Below are positions 26,451-40,529 of a stretch of DNA of 64,000 bases, in pieces. Within the stretch, counting starts at the first letter, position 1. Each line of letters opens with the position of its first letter. The translations under genes and the position numbers were made by a program. The notes beneath the pieces are model-generated. The model was not told the origin of the DNA, ran no database searches, and saw nothing but the letters and a program-made list of their open reading frames with translations. The stretch is from Trichoplax sp. H2 (taxonomy: Eukaryota), in assembly GCA_003344405.1 (NCBI GenBank), contig NOWV01000028.1:248001-312000 (forward strand), written 5' to 3'.

Positions 26451-29400
26451 ATGTCTAGGTTAAGCGTTTTTATATTAATTCAATTACTATTATGCAATTA
26501 TAGTAGCATAATTGAAGCTGCTGCTAAGAAAGCTGGTAAACGAAATGTACAACGAAATAGAACCGGTAATAAAGGTTAGGATACAATCATTGCCGATATT
26601 AAATATGGTAATATTTATAATTTTCATATTTTACTTGGAACATAGGTTTTGGATTTTGTCGTTTCGAATTTATGTGTAGCAACAGACGACAGTGTATTAA
26701 AATGAACTATATTTGTGATGGCGTTAAAGATTGCAGTGATTCTTCGGACGAAAGATTTTGTAGTAAGTACAGGTGTATGAATAGTAGAAGCTTCATTGAA
26801 ACAGGTATCGACTATCAATAAGATTGTCTCAAGTTACAGATCAAATAAGATAAAAAATAGAAATTTGAGGAAATTATTCATTTTATACTTTGATGAACCA
26901 TAAAATTCATCCTGCTTAATATTTAACACAAGTGGTTAATACTTATCGTTTAGAGTAGTAGACAGGTAAGTCAGATCTTGTTAACGAAACTCGATAGCTG
27001 TACTCTGTAGTCTGCAGAATATATCGGTCCTGCATCTATATCAACTGGACGACCTCTGGCGAATAACTATTGATTGTGATCCAACCCTTCATATAACCTT
27101 TTAACTAAATTTAAAATCATCTAGAGCTGCTTAATTAATAAGGCATGTATCACCTCTATTTATTGGTGCCAGTTCCATGAGTAGTATCGCTTCTGAAACA
27201 CTTTGACGACAGATCCCTCCTTGCAGAACCATTAGCATCGTATAGCAGGCCAGGTTCTACTTCTTAATTTTAGTTCGCTTTAATGCCCTTCTTAGTGTGC
27301 AGTTCATGTGTTCTACGATAAAAAGTAAGGAGGTTAAATACTCTAACATAATGCCGGTTTTGTTAAAAATATGGAGAAAAGTGCTAGGCAAGCTAGTCTT
27401 CTAACAACTGTTGTTTAGTGAAGCACTATGCTAGCAGATTACAAACTGCTATTGTATGATAAAATTAGATATAATAGGCTAGAATTCAGCACGCACATAC
27501 TCGTATATCCGTCAGCATCAATTACAGGTACTGTAATTATGGCATTGCTAAAGCAGTCTATAGTCTAGAATATACATATGCTGTATCTGTTCGTAGTACA
27601 GTGTAAAACTTTAATTATTGCCAATTATATCATCGATATTACTTCTGTTACTAGTATCACTTTTATGAGGCAATCTGATAGCCGATGTTAATAAAGCACG
27701 AGGTTTGTAGGCTATACCATATTTGTCAACGTGTTTTCTACCATTATCAATTCTAATTTTTATTACTGAGGGAAAATTGTTGTCAGCATTACCTAGGGCA
27801 AATTATAATTTCGTATATTACGCATCTCTACCATCAATGCAAATTTTATTGCAACTATGGTTCTCTCATATATCTCGGTAGGATGATAAATATGATAAAT
27901 ATGATAAATAGATACGAATACAGTATTGACCTAACAGGAAATATTCTAGCCTATATTATATCAGATATTCATATATTTTAAAATTACGAAAATACAATCA
28001 AATTTGGATATTTAGCAAAATATGTCGCAATATCATGATCGCTTTCTTCTTAAAGTACATTGCGTTAAGAAAGGATTTCGTAGAAATGATGTAACCGACA
28101 ATATATGAGAATATATAATTAGGCATTATATATTCTAGTCTATAACCCAAACTGAATTTATATACAGCATTGATTGAGCAAGGATTCTTATTTCGCGTTA
28201 ATTTTCTGGCTATTCGCCGCCTTATTAGAGTTCTATTGTAACACAGCAAGAGATAGATCACGCTCCGCCTTTAATGTAACATTTTATTTGTCCGGACTCT
28301 TAATAACATACTTTACGAAGACATTATCTAATCATAAATCGAGTCGATCCTGGTCGATTAGTAAATACAACGCAATGATGTCCTGATCAAATTCTGTAAC
28401 TAGCACTATAAAGTTGATTTCAGTGGATCTTTCTACCGAGCTAATGCTATCCATGAATTGGTCCATCACGCTAATTAATTTGCACTTATTTCAATTACAG
28501 AAATCATTGATATCAATGATATAATAGTGCAGTAATAGACTATACTTTATTGCACTCTAATTAATATCGGCTTTTAATGAATTATTTCTTACCGATAATG
28601 GGATTGGCCATGTTATGACGCATTCCTGTACTCTATAAGGCTTCTTGCTTATCCATAATTTGATTGTGAAGACACTGTGTCTACAAGAATGGCTAGACAA
28701 CTTGCAGACAGGGTTGGAACATACCGCCCTTGAGAAAAATTACACTTCATTCAAAAAAATAAACCATCTTGTTTATAATTTAAATGATCAAAACCAGAAT
28801 CATATAGAGTAAAATATTAAAATATTAAAGTAACATGTAATGCTGTTGTCAAAACTTGATATTAAAATAAAAATTAAACTAAGAGGAAACTGACAGCATT
28901 TGACATGTTCCTGCATGCTAACGTTATGGTTCTGATAAGCAAGGTGAAATTTTTCTTAATTTTAAGATTGTGTTAAATTAGTTCTAAACTATACTTAACT
29001 ATAGAAAGCTTTAACAGAGTACAACAATGCTCTGATCGTGAATATCAATGCGAAGATAACAGCGGTTGCTTTAGGTTAAATCGGGTTTGTGATAGTAATA
29101 TTGACTGCCGAGATGGCTCTGATGAAAAGGATTGTGGTAAGTACAGTATATATGCTTATGACAGCTTCATTTCCTGCAGTGATTATCAATTAGAGTAAAT
29201 TACGTAATATCAACTTCTGTACAAAAATATTAGCTCTGACATAGCTGATTAATTACTGTCGATTGCAACAAATGAAAATTATCTCTATCTCTTACCAGCC
29301 TCATTTTAAAGATTTAAATACGTTTTATATCTCAAGGAACACGCAGATCTTGTCCTTCTACTCAGTTTAGTTGTTCTGATGGGAAAACGTGTATTGCTCG

Positions 29401-31005
29401 ATCCTTAGTATGTAATCGGCAACGTAATTGTCCCGATGGATCAGATGAAAGAGACTGCTGTAAGATACTATATACATTCAATTATTAAAATGATATAGGA
29501 AGTCTATTCGTAGTAATTAATTATAGCAGAAACGAATATCTATACATCCAGAGCTTAATTTCTCTATCATCATGCTAAACGAAATGACACTTTACATAAA
29601 TTAGCGCGAAATAAATAAATACTTTTAATAATAACAAATCGTGACAATTAATATTTTTCTCCTTCTAGCTAAACGAATAATATGTTAGTACTTTTTGCCT
29701 TGATATACCAATATCTAACGGAGTGGATAATAGCGTACAAAAATGTCATGATATGCTATAAGTAAACTTTAAAATAATGAACCATAATAATGAGCTTGGT
29801 ACCATTTTGTAACCTATTTCATTTGTTTACTTACTGATTAACTATGGATTGTAGCAATTAGTCAGCGACGATGTGGTAGCAAAGAATTTGCTTGTCTAGA
29901 TGGCAGCGGCTGCATTGCAAAATGGCGTATCTGCAACGGGGAACAGGATTGCAATGATGGATCAGATGAATATAGCTGCTCAAGTACGAAAATTATGACT
30001 CAATAGGATAACTGCTCATAGAAGAATACTCCTAGCTTGCTTAGTGTAAAATTGACTTGAAACGCATATTGATGAACGAATTATGATTATAAAAAAGATC
30101 AATAGTATCTCTTTTGGTATTGGTCTAGGAAATCGTTGTGGTATTAGCCGCTTTAAGTGCAAGGGTAACGATCAATGTGTGTCTTCCTTTCAAGTTTGTG
30201 ATAAAATCCGTGACTGTGTTGATGGGTCCGACGAATCTCAATGTGGTATGCAAGCAGTAATAACGATATCATGATTCGGTGCTTGTAGATTTATCAGCTA
30301 TGGTCATGGTCATACAGGAGCTAAAGTTTTTTTCAGTAGTATGGCTATCGCTAGGGCTATCAGTCTAGACCTGAGGCTATACATAGAAATACTGCAGTTT
30401 TAAATATCAATAGTAGAAATGAAGGCATACGAAGTCATTTTTGTTCTCTACATTGTCCGTGCATAACGTAACAGAACAAATCCTTTTTACCCAATCATGT
30501 CACTTGCTTAAATATTTATCGTTAGAAATGGTCATTATTGTATTTAATAAGTAGTTATTTTATTCGTCCTTAATAAGCTGATCGAAAAGAATGTGGGGAT
30601 CGATTTTCGTGCTTTAATGGCAGAGAATGTATTGTTAATGAAAAGAAATGTGATGGTTATCCTGATTGTTCTGATTCATCCGACGAGCTCAACTGTGGTG
30701 AGTATAAGCTATCCAATGCTACTTTACCGAGTTTAAATTTCTATCATACGTGTCATATATAGAAAAAACTGTATTTCTAAAGCAATAAGATCTGAGTTAA
30801 ATCCTTTTAAATAACCAATATGAAATTTTAATAACAATGATTTGGATAAGGTCGACAACAATGTAGCGCAAGACAGTTTGAATGTCTAATCACCGTACAA
30901 TGCATCGATAAAGATAAAGTTTGCGATAATAATGATGACTGTGCCGATGGCAGCGACGAATTTGGATGTTCTAGTAACGCTATTAAATCAATTTCTCGCG
31001 TGTAG
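26451..31005 (+). CDS. Secreted protein of LDL-receptor class A repeats. Signal-peptide exon 26451-26574; LDLa exons 26646-26762, 29005-29136, 29337-29459, 29855-29983, 30129-30245, 30578-30697, 30851-30973. 3' end uncertain
   Basis: Seven phase-1 exons each encode a 6-Cys module ending C-x-D-[GS]-SDE-xx-C, e.g. [36 protein letters not shown]. The first exon encodes [23 protein letters not shown]. May be two genes. Confidence 0.8.
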
Positions 31006-31856
31006 TGGATTACCTAGTTCAAGCAAAGTAATTTAAAGTATAACACTGGTCATGTATTGGTTCATATTATGTTAAAATGTTATATTGTAATTAAAGATAC
31101 TCATGCACGTTTGCATCATAAACTGTTCAATTATACCAATATCATCCAAACAAAATTTGGCTGCAGAAATAAATTTACATCTTTACTTTTACGAAGTGTT
31201 TATCTCTTGTTTTGATTTATCATCACAAAAGCAACTATTCCATTATAACGTAAATGATTAGGCAAGAGTAGGATTATGCATAACGCAGTTGAAAAGTAAC
31301 ATTATTTTTTTACTTGCAATTAGTATTTCCAATACAACATCTTTATATATAATGCCAGTGGATCAGATTATTGCATGATAAATATGGTATAAATGGCAGG
31401 ACTCAATTTTACGAATACAATGTATTTCAATGCTGTGAAAACAAATAACAAATTGTGTAATGCTATCGACAACGATTTTATGATAGTTGTACGCATCAAA
31501 AACTTACGTATTTGAAATATTGTATAAAAATTCAATTAATAATATAGCTATACAGAATCCAATCCAGATATATAAATTTTTAATAAGCATATTAAGACAG
31601 TAGTTGTACATGTATTAGGCATCATAATTCTATGCAATTACACAATAAGTAACAAATACTGTGATAAAATTTATAAAATTTATAATAAGTGAAAAGATAT
31701 TTGTGTTTATATTCATTATCAATTTATACTTGTACTGTTTGTTGTAGATTGGCTCGGCAGAAAATATTTTGATTTTCCACTTACAGCCCATAAAAAATTC
31801 GCTCACACAGCTTACTCGACAGCTAGTTCATAATCATGCACTAAAATGATTACGTA

Positions 31857-34800
31857 TTATCGTTGTCGATGGCGCATATTCCAATGTAAACAATCGCTAA
31901 TACTTATAAACCAGTCCTCAACTGGATCGTTGGCACAAATACATGCTAGAGGATGAATGGAAGTAGTGATGCAAATACTAGAATGAAGAAAATGATAAAT
32001 TTTGATAATTGGTTACGACCTCATGTTAAACGTAACACGAGTATATTCGGCTAACACTGGTAATGCTAGAAATCACTTACTAATCATCAGGAGATAATTG
32101 TTGACGTGATCGACCATCTACTGAGATCCACATTGGTCCTCGAGCATTCTCGGAAGTTTGAATTTTTAATTGCACTCCGGCGGGTAAAATAACTGGTCTC
32201 GATGACAACGCATGAGGGCAAATTGGAGTAAATAATATTGATGGGACACACGGATGGACCATGCAACCTCCGGATGCAAGAGAATAGGCGGTGCTGCCAG
32301 TTGGAGTAGCAATAATCAGCCCTGTTAAATAGTAAAAGTGAGAGCGTTTAAATTATTAAGCAGGATGTTAGCTGAAAATTGGACCACAGTTTGACGAAAT
32401 CGGTCAAATTCAACTTTGTATAATTTCACACACTGCTATACTGTGGGCATGATCGTACCGTCGCCTTCAATGTTCGTTATATGTCGCTCGTTACAGATGA
32501 TATTAAGATTAGTTAAAAAAGCTGATGGTCCACGATCGACAACAATCTCATTTAGAACCTAAGAAAATGTCGTTTATTTCGGATATATTTGCAAGTTTAT
32601 GGGTCTTTAAAGATCTTATAAAAATTAGGTTAATAAATGGTAACTTGACTTACAGCATGTTTCTCTACTGTTTTATTCTTACTAAAATGAATTTCGCACG
32701 TGAGGCGATTACGTAATGCTACTCGAGGATTGTCTAGAGTAAAAAAAGAGATTCTCTATCAGTAAAAGTTAATTTCATTGAGCTTCACCTTTATAACAGT
32801 ATCCATAGACTACTAAAGGTTTTCTTCTGGTAGTATATGCAGTGACTAACCATCCAATACTTTATCAATAACCGATTTGAAATCGCTTATTTTAAATTTA
32901 GTTAAAAAGCCAAGGGTCCCAAGACTAAAAGCAATTACAGGAGGCGCATTTTGCTAGTAAAAGGGAGATGAAAAAGTTATTAACTCATGTTATTGCAATC
33001 AATGCGATCCTAAGCTGGTTACTTAGAAACCTACAACGATGTCATAGCGGGCACGAATAGTGGAAGACTAAGCAGTGATAAATCTGCTAAATGATATAGT
33101 ATTTTAATATCATTTAAAAAGGGTACTTATTTAAGATAATTATACTTGAAAAAGAGATGATGCGTGTAGAAAAGTGCCATCGCCACCAAGGCAAACCACT
33201 AGGTCAACCAGTTCCAATTTATAGTCATCTATTTCTGAAAAAAACAATGTTAAGACACTTCTGATGAGTATATAGTATGCGCTTTATTATAACAACACTG
33301 CTACAAGTCTATAGCTTGCCCATTAATAAAAGATAAATTAAACCAGCTAAATTCAACATTGGGACTATTTATATTTCGATGTATGCAATTATTTTGTAAA
33401 TTACCAATATTAATTGTTAGTAAATTTTGCAATGTGCTGCGGAAATGATGATCATCAACGATGCCAGGTTGATGTTTAACAGATTCCTCTATATATACTT
33501 TCAGCTTCCTTTCCTGAAATAATAGATTATGAAATTATTGGTAGTTATAGGGCTGTTTTTCAGATCAGGGTATGAAAATAGTCACTAAGATAGATTACAT
33601 ACTATTTGAAAATGTGATGATTATGAAAACTATAAAAATACTACCTCTAGAAGCCATCGGACAATTGCCTTAAATTCTTCAGTAACTGTATCATCCATAT
33701 CCTTTTTAACTACTAATATAGATGTAGCAGGAGTATGCCAACCCAGCTGCTGATCGGCAGGATCTTGAAGCACCCTGAGTAATATACCCCGATAACAATA
33801 ATTCAATGTAGCTCAGACTAGCATTTAAAATAGCATTGATAAGACTTGACATAGGGATATAGAATAACCTAATAGATTAATATAATCAAGCGACAAAACC
33901 ACAATCACAATGCTAAGTGATACAATTCAAGAATAAAATGACATTTATTTTCTTTTCATGTCAACATGGAACAAAGTCAATGTCTTACATTCCATTCTTA
34001 ATTCCCAGCATATAGGCTTTCGGTCCAAATGTCATTTCAGGTGGACGAGCATTTAAAGAATAACTCCTGCAATAATAGATGGATGAAAGAACTGAATAAA
34101 GTAATTATAATATTGTAATCTATTGGCAATAAGGTATACTAAAAATAATAGTCCATTATAACCATAAGAGTCGGGTAGCTATTAATGGTATAAAAATGAA
34201 TTCAAAAATAAAAGTGATAGCGATGCTGTGGCGAAAATATACCGTGCTGCAATGGGTAGGAAGCAATTCTTTGCTCCTCTCCCATCTTGACCCTATACAA
34301 GAAATGTATCTATGTATATATTCAACTGCTGTTTAAAATACTATTTTAAGAATGTATCATTCTCTGAACTTATTTGTTGTACTTATTAGTGATGACAAAA
34401 GCTGCTACAAGATTGATTGATTCTTGTGCATGTCTACTATCCAAAATAAAATTAGCAACCATAAAGAAACATGTTGGTGGAAATTGATAACAATTTTCAG
34501 TATGCTAAAGTAAAAAAGAAAGCCAAAAACAATATACACCATAGTTGTGATGGTATAGATATACTGCATGTTTCTCATTGTAATTGTTGCAAATGGAATT
34601 GGATAAGCCTTCGGAATGTTTATAAAGGTTTAATTAAACTAACAATTTAAGAATGTGAAAGGAATCCAATGAGAAGTTGGCTCTTTCTCATGTGCTTCAT
34701 GGATCGTACCCTGATGGGATCATCATTTGATGTTGAAGGTTGACAATCGCTTTTTGAATCTTACAATCTACTACTGTCGCCATTTTTTTTCTCATTTTCC

Positions 34801-35260
34801 ACCTCCCACTATGGATGTATCATATCATATGGGTAGAATGGATTGACTATATCGGTCATGACTGGAAGCATTTAACAGTACCTTGTAGAAGATGTAGAGT
34901 ATGCCTACAGTATAGAGGTACTGTTATTGTAAGCGTGTTTATACCGATGAAGAAAGTGATGTTGGGTAGATGAAGGGGAATAAACTGCTATGTCAAGCTG
35001 TAATAAAGAGAGAACTTGTCTTACAACTTATTCATCAATCTTCACCTGAAGCTATAAACACTCGTATCTTGGAATATAGGACTAGCCAATGCATTGATAC
35101 TTCCCTGATGATCATTGGATTGATTATGATCATGATCTTGGAGATAGAGCTTTTCCCCTTTCTCCATCATGTTGCTATCATGATTTAAGGGAGATCTCGA
35201 TGACGTCGTGGTTGTCTTTCTCCCTGAAACGATCGCATCGTCAGCTCCTAATGTAGCCAT
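31857..35260 (-). CDS. NADK: NAD kinase (cytosolic type), multi-exon
   Basis: Motifs [89 protein letters not shown]. Stop at 31859-31857. The N-terminal exons chain in frame from the ATG at 35260. Confidence 0.95.
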
Positions 35261-35314
35261 GACTATAAGAACATAGCGTTATTAGCCAGGAATACAACGG
35301 AGACTAATGGAAAC

Positions 35315-35725
35315 GATGTTGTTGTTGTTAACAGAAAAGGAAGATTAAGGATCGATCCAACGCGATGTTCGATGCTGTTATGGCACTTTTTGCACTAACA
35401 TCGATCGTTGTAAGCAGACATGGACAGTTTTGATCAAGTAATGAATTCTTGGAGACAATGTTGTTGTTATTGACAGAAAAGGAAGATGAAAGATCGATCC
35501 AAAGCGATGTTCGATGATGTTATGGCACTTTTTGCACTAACATCGATCGTTGTAAGCTGACATGGACAGTTTGATCAAGTAATGAATTCTTGGAGACACT
35601 GTTGTTGTTATTGACAGAAAAGGAAGATGAAGGATCGATCAAGCGCGATCTTGGATGATGTTCTTGCGCTTTTTGCACTAACATCAATGGTTGGAAGCCG
35701 TCATGGACAGTTAAATCAAGTAATT
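35315..35725. repeat. Tandem repeat, 3 x ~141 bp, just 5' of the NADK ATG
   Basis: acagaaaaggaagat..gatcgatc..tttttgcactaacatc..catggacagtt..atcaagtaat recurs near 35331, 35473 and 35614. Confidence 0.93.
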
Positions 35726-36254
35726 CTTTAGGCTAAACCACAGTATCCACTGCTTGCAATGGCCACTCTCTTCTTCTCCAAATAGGTTGGACTTGGATGA
35801 TGATTTTTTTGCTGCGTGATGATGACCCTGGTCGACCTCGTCCCCTCCTTCTCTTAGTAGTGTTGCTCAAACAGTCGTATCAGCCTACGCTTTCTACCAG
35901 TCCAATACTAGTGGCGCTGTACTAGACTGAACAGTCGATGACAAGTCCCACCCTGACAGTTCATTGGAGTGTTACCCAGTACCAGGGTAAAATGCCCCTG
36001 GTCGTTGCATTTTTACACTGTTTACTATAGCCGTAGTTGTGGCCGCAAGGATTGACGGTAGGTTGGGGGTTATTTTGCGTATACAGTGAACAGTATGACA
36101 GGAGTGTCGGGTCACTTGGTATGTTGTGAATGGAATGGGACGCCCATCCGGAACGACGATGCCACTCAAGTATTGAATAGAGTCCATCAAATGGGGCGAA
36201 TTTACGTTAGCACGTTTACAATTATTTTGCTTCAGAAGCAGAAGAAACAACGCT

Positions 36255-36640
36255 AAACAGTACAGTAGTATACAGTCCATTCAGTCAGTGGTTCAATGTT
36301 CTAAAAACGCCGAATCAAGTCTGTATCATGGAGGTCAAAGAAAAGCCTGTGTGGTCATTGATGCCAATAAGTCCGTTTCAAGACCGTGAGCAGTCAAAGT
36401 ACTGTACACTGTACATCCATGTACTGTAATACTGTACTGTCAATGTCGACGAGAAACTGCGCACTCTCTTTCCTTTCGGTTCAGTGATATGGCACAGTGT
36501 ACAGTACTGTACACTGTACAGTAGGTTTCATTTCGAACAGTAGTACTGTACAGTACAGTACAGTAAAAAGACAGCGTTGTTCACAATGAAATGTCTGTAC
36601 TGTACTGTACAGGTACAATATGTACTGTACTGTACTTGGA
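36255..36640. repeat. TACAG/TACTG field upstream of NADK
   Basis: Same pentamers. Includes the perfect 24-bp palindrome acagtgtacagtactgtacactgt at 36494-36517. Confidence 0.88.
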
Positions 36641-39600
36641 CCACTAGAAATCCACCTAGACTAGACACTCTCTTCAGATGGACGGACTTTCTAAGCAAAT
36701 GCGACCCCAAAATGTCCCAAAATAGTTTACTCACTGTCAGTATGGATCTTCCGTGTCTGTTTTCCAAATCATTTGTATTCATTTCCATAACATGAATGAT
36801 CTAAAGCTACTCATTCCAAGCAGAACTTAGTAATAGACAATAGAATGCAATGGAATATTACTTCATTTAGCTAAAATCACTTCATTCAGAATCGACTGTC
36901 TGCATACTCAATTTTACTACAATACAGTACTGTAGTGTCATCCATCAAGTGTTGCGACACAATTTATTGACCAAAATTGGCGCAATGTCTGTCCGTCCAC
37001 AAAAGTGGACCGTATTCTATTGTCTGCATTCGATACATTATTCCCAGTCAATGCTCTCCAGTACTCTAGAGGACAATCTATTGTTAAAATGAAAGCGCAA
37101 CGGTCACGTGCAATCGTATCAATTCTCTTCAAGCCTGGTAACTGTATGTAAGCGATCATAATACCCACAGTACTCATAGAATAGCGTAGCATGACTGGTG
37201 ACTACAATTGAAAAGGATTGCAATGAAAGCGAAAGTTTTCATAGGCTATGGCTTCGCTAACCAAAAAAAGTTCCATCACCAGCGGGCAGACAAGCTTGTA
37301 AGGTTGCAACTCTTTTCCATCAGTAAAGAAACAACTTCCTAACGTTTAAAGTGAAGCCCATATTGTGGAAAATTTCAAACGCTTAAAATGAAGATCCAAT
37401 CAAAAGTGATCAATGTCACAGCAAAATCCTTCTCGTACTCTATGGAGTTTAGTCAAGAACAATATGAATGATGGAGAATATAGATATGCGAGAATGGATC
37501 AATTGGAATCAATCATGTACATTGCAATGCAAAGTACTTGCCATTTCATAGCTACCAATAAGATATTATAGTAGATTACGGATTGATGGTAAATAACGGA
37601 AGGGATATGATGGTTTAATCTGTAATCAATGATTAATTAATTATTCAAACACAATATGGATAAATCTCTTGACAGTGAATAAGCCAACTACGATAGACGT
37701 ACGGTTCATGCGGGTATACGAGTATATCGCTCAATCTTTTATAATTTGCACTTTTCTCTACTCGCATCATCGATAGACTGCAATACTAATAGCTGTATTA
37801 ATAGAGTAAGGGCTAAATGAAGAAGAATTCAATGTTATTTCGAAGGTATTCGCCTGACTTTCTACTGTAATGACAAGTGAATAAAATTCTTTTCGCTCAA
37901 GATAGCTACGTATGAAAGTAGAGTTCATAGATGGTCATCTACCAGTATCGCAAAATAATTCCTAATGAAGCGAGTCGAGAAAGAAATGGACGATATCCTT
38001 TATATGATACAACTGCTAAGTAAATCCGACATTGATTTAGTAGTCTATGCTTCCCATCACTACAGTAACTACTATCTCTACAATCACTAAATACAAAAGC
38101 ACGTATTTTACCGTGGGGAAAAAACAGCCAGGATACTTGAATGACGACTGTTATTGTTGCTAAGCTATACTGCACTGTAAGGATTTTTTGACGTAAAGTA
38201 TGGTATTGGTAAATAAATTTTGAAATCGAGGGAATTATTGAACTAGTGGATACGAATACCTAGCCCATCTTTTTGATATAGCAAGAAGTCTGTCTTCTTT
38301 ACCACAACATGATTGATATACGTGTACGTCATGTTTCTAACCTGACAGCTGATAGACCTTAGAACATACAGTATACGCGTACAGTAATTCGCGAACTAAT
38401 GTGAGTTATCGATGGCGACGCTGTGGATTGCTTACTTAGTCCAATGCAGCGAAAATACTTCAAGATCAATCAACCTTTTCAAACACCATTATCAATATCT
38501 TTTATAATTATATTCGCAGGTAGATTCTTGTTGCGTAGGTTTGACATTTAACCGAGTGGTCAATTGGAAGAAGGCATGCAAAAAAGCAACTATGTAGCGT
38601 TCTCGGCATGCCTATATTGTGTTGAAATTTTAAATTTGATCATGTTGTTTGCGCTAAGTCAATCAAAACAAATAGGGAAGTGCAACGTTTCATTCAAGTT
38701 TTAGTGCGATTACGCAAGTTTTCAAATCATCCTTTATCGCATGATTATGATGCTTTGTTTCCACCATATTCACACCAATCGATATCGATGCAAAAGAAAA
38801 TCAAATGATAGCTTACCAACAGTAAATAAATACTGCATTGGCGAAGCCATCTTACACCGTTATCCTATTACTAAATTGAAACATACAAAGAAACGGAAGA
38901 ACGCGACTTCAAATTATTGATCATCAAGTTACCGTTTGACAGATGAATGTTGATCTTTTACTGAGGCCACTTTTGATTGCTCTTTGGTTGATACTTGCTT
39001 ATCATTTTGATCCTGGCTAATAACACCATTTCGTACACTTTGTTTCATTTCTTGCCAATAAATTCTATTTTCTACCGTATTCCTGGAATTGTGAATAACC
39101 TAACTTAACTCAACAAACATTCAAAACTATGAATTGCAGATATGCTTCGTTGTCGTTAGATAGTAATCCAGTCACATGAATAAAGGCTAATTGGTAACTT
39201 ATTTATGGCCACATTGTACGTGCGCAATTGAGGCAAGAAAGAAAGTAAGGACCGTTTGAATCGTTTTTTTTCTTTTAAATAATATGAAAAAACAACTTAC
39301 AACAATGAAGTAGTTGTCTGGTTGTGGATATGTAAATACAACAAAATAATACTACTGGAAATAATATAGAATAAAACGATACTGACAGGTGTAAGGCCTT
39401 GATTTCTGACCTGATTGCAATTTGTATTGTGTACACGGCGTTAAATCAAGCAACGTTCTAGTGCTAGCGTTGGCCCTATTCAAAGAGCCGATAAATAACC
39501 CATCATTCTTCAAGGGGATTTGTTGAAGAATGTTTTTGTTTATTCTGTAGTATTATCATTGAGGCATAATCATTTTTCATTCCTCTTGCCTAATGGAACG

Positions 39601-40529
39601 GATCGAAGCCACAAGGCTTCTCGAAATTGAAATTATTCTTTCGATCTATCCGCCGTTATTTCATCATCGATTCAAAACCGTATGACAAACTATCACCCCA
39701 TTCGCTTTAAGCAAAATATTTTCTATACAGTATACTGTACGTTATAATCTTGAGACAATTAAGGTCAATTGCACGATACATTATTGTATTCGTATGTTTA
39801 TTTCTGTAATTGAATCATGTTCTATACATGAAATGACATGAAAAATAGAAGAGAGAGTTCATTTTCGAATCAATCAATTTTGATTATTTACATGAGATAA
39901 CTCTATTTTGGGCACGCTGTACGACGGACAAAGACACCCTTGAGTTTATGACTACCCGAAAGTAGACTTTCCGTGTCTAAATTGACAAACTATAATATTT
40001 GCGCATTTTCAGTCCAACAAACTTTATAGTATTTCATGAGTAACGGCTGGAGAAATTTTCAACCGTCGATCCATTTGTATGTACAGTAGGATTTGAACAG
40101 GCAGGCATTCATGCATTTATTCATTCCGCAAAGCTGAAAGCAGTATCGACTAGAGTTGTACTCGTGCGTATATTTGGAATCACTTTCGGTCGGCGATTGT
40201 ACATTAAATGTACAGACCGCAGACAATCTACTCTACACGTAGCAATCGAGTATTCAATTGATTTTCTCTCTCTCTCTACCAGTGCAGACATTAATCCTAT
40301 GGAGTGCGTCTAAACTAATACGGTTAGCACACAGGATCCCAGATGGTATGAAAGCCATGCTTTCAAGACGTCGGATTGTGAGCGATTTTTTGATCGAGTC
40401 TCCTGGCTAATCATGCGTTATCTACAGTATAACCTATCCAATACAGTCTTGGATTAGAAAGAGTTCCCTATTATTACGGAGTATCCAATGCCTATCCACT
40501 GCCTAGACCAGTAAGCCTGCATGAAATGC

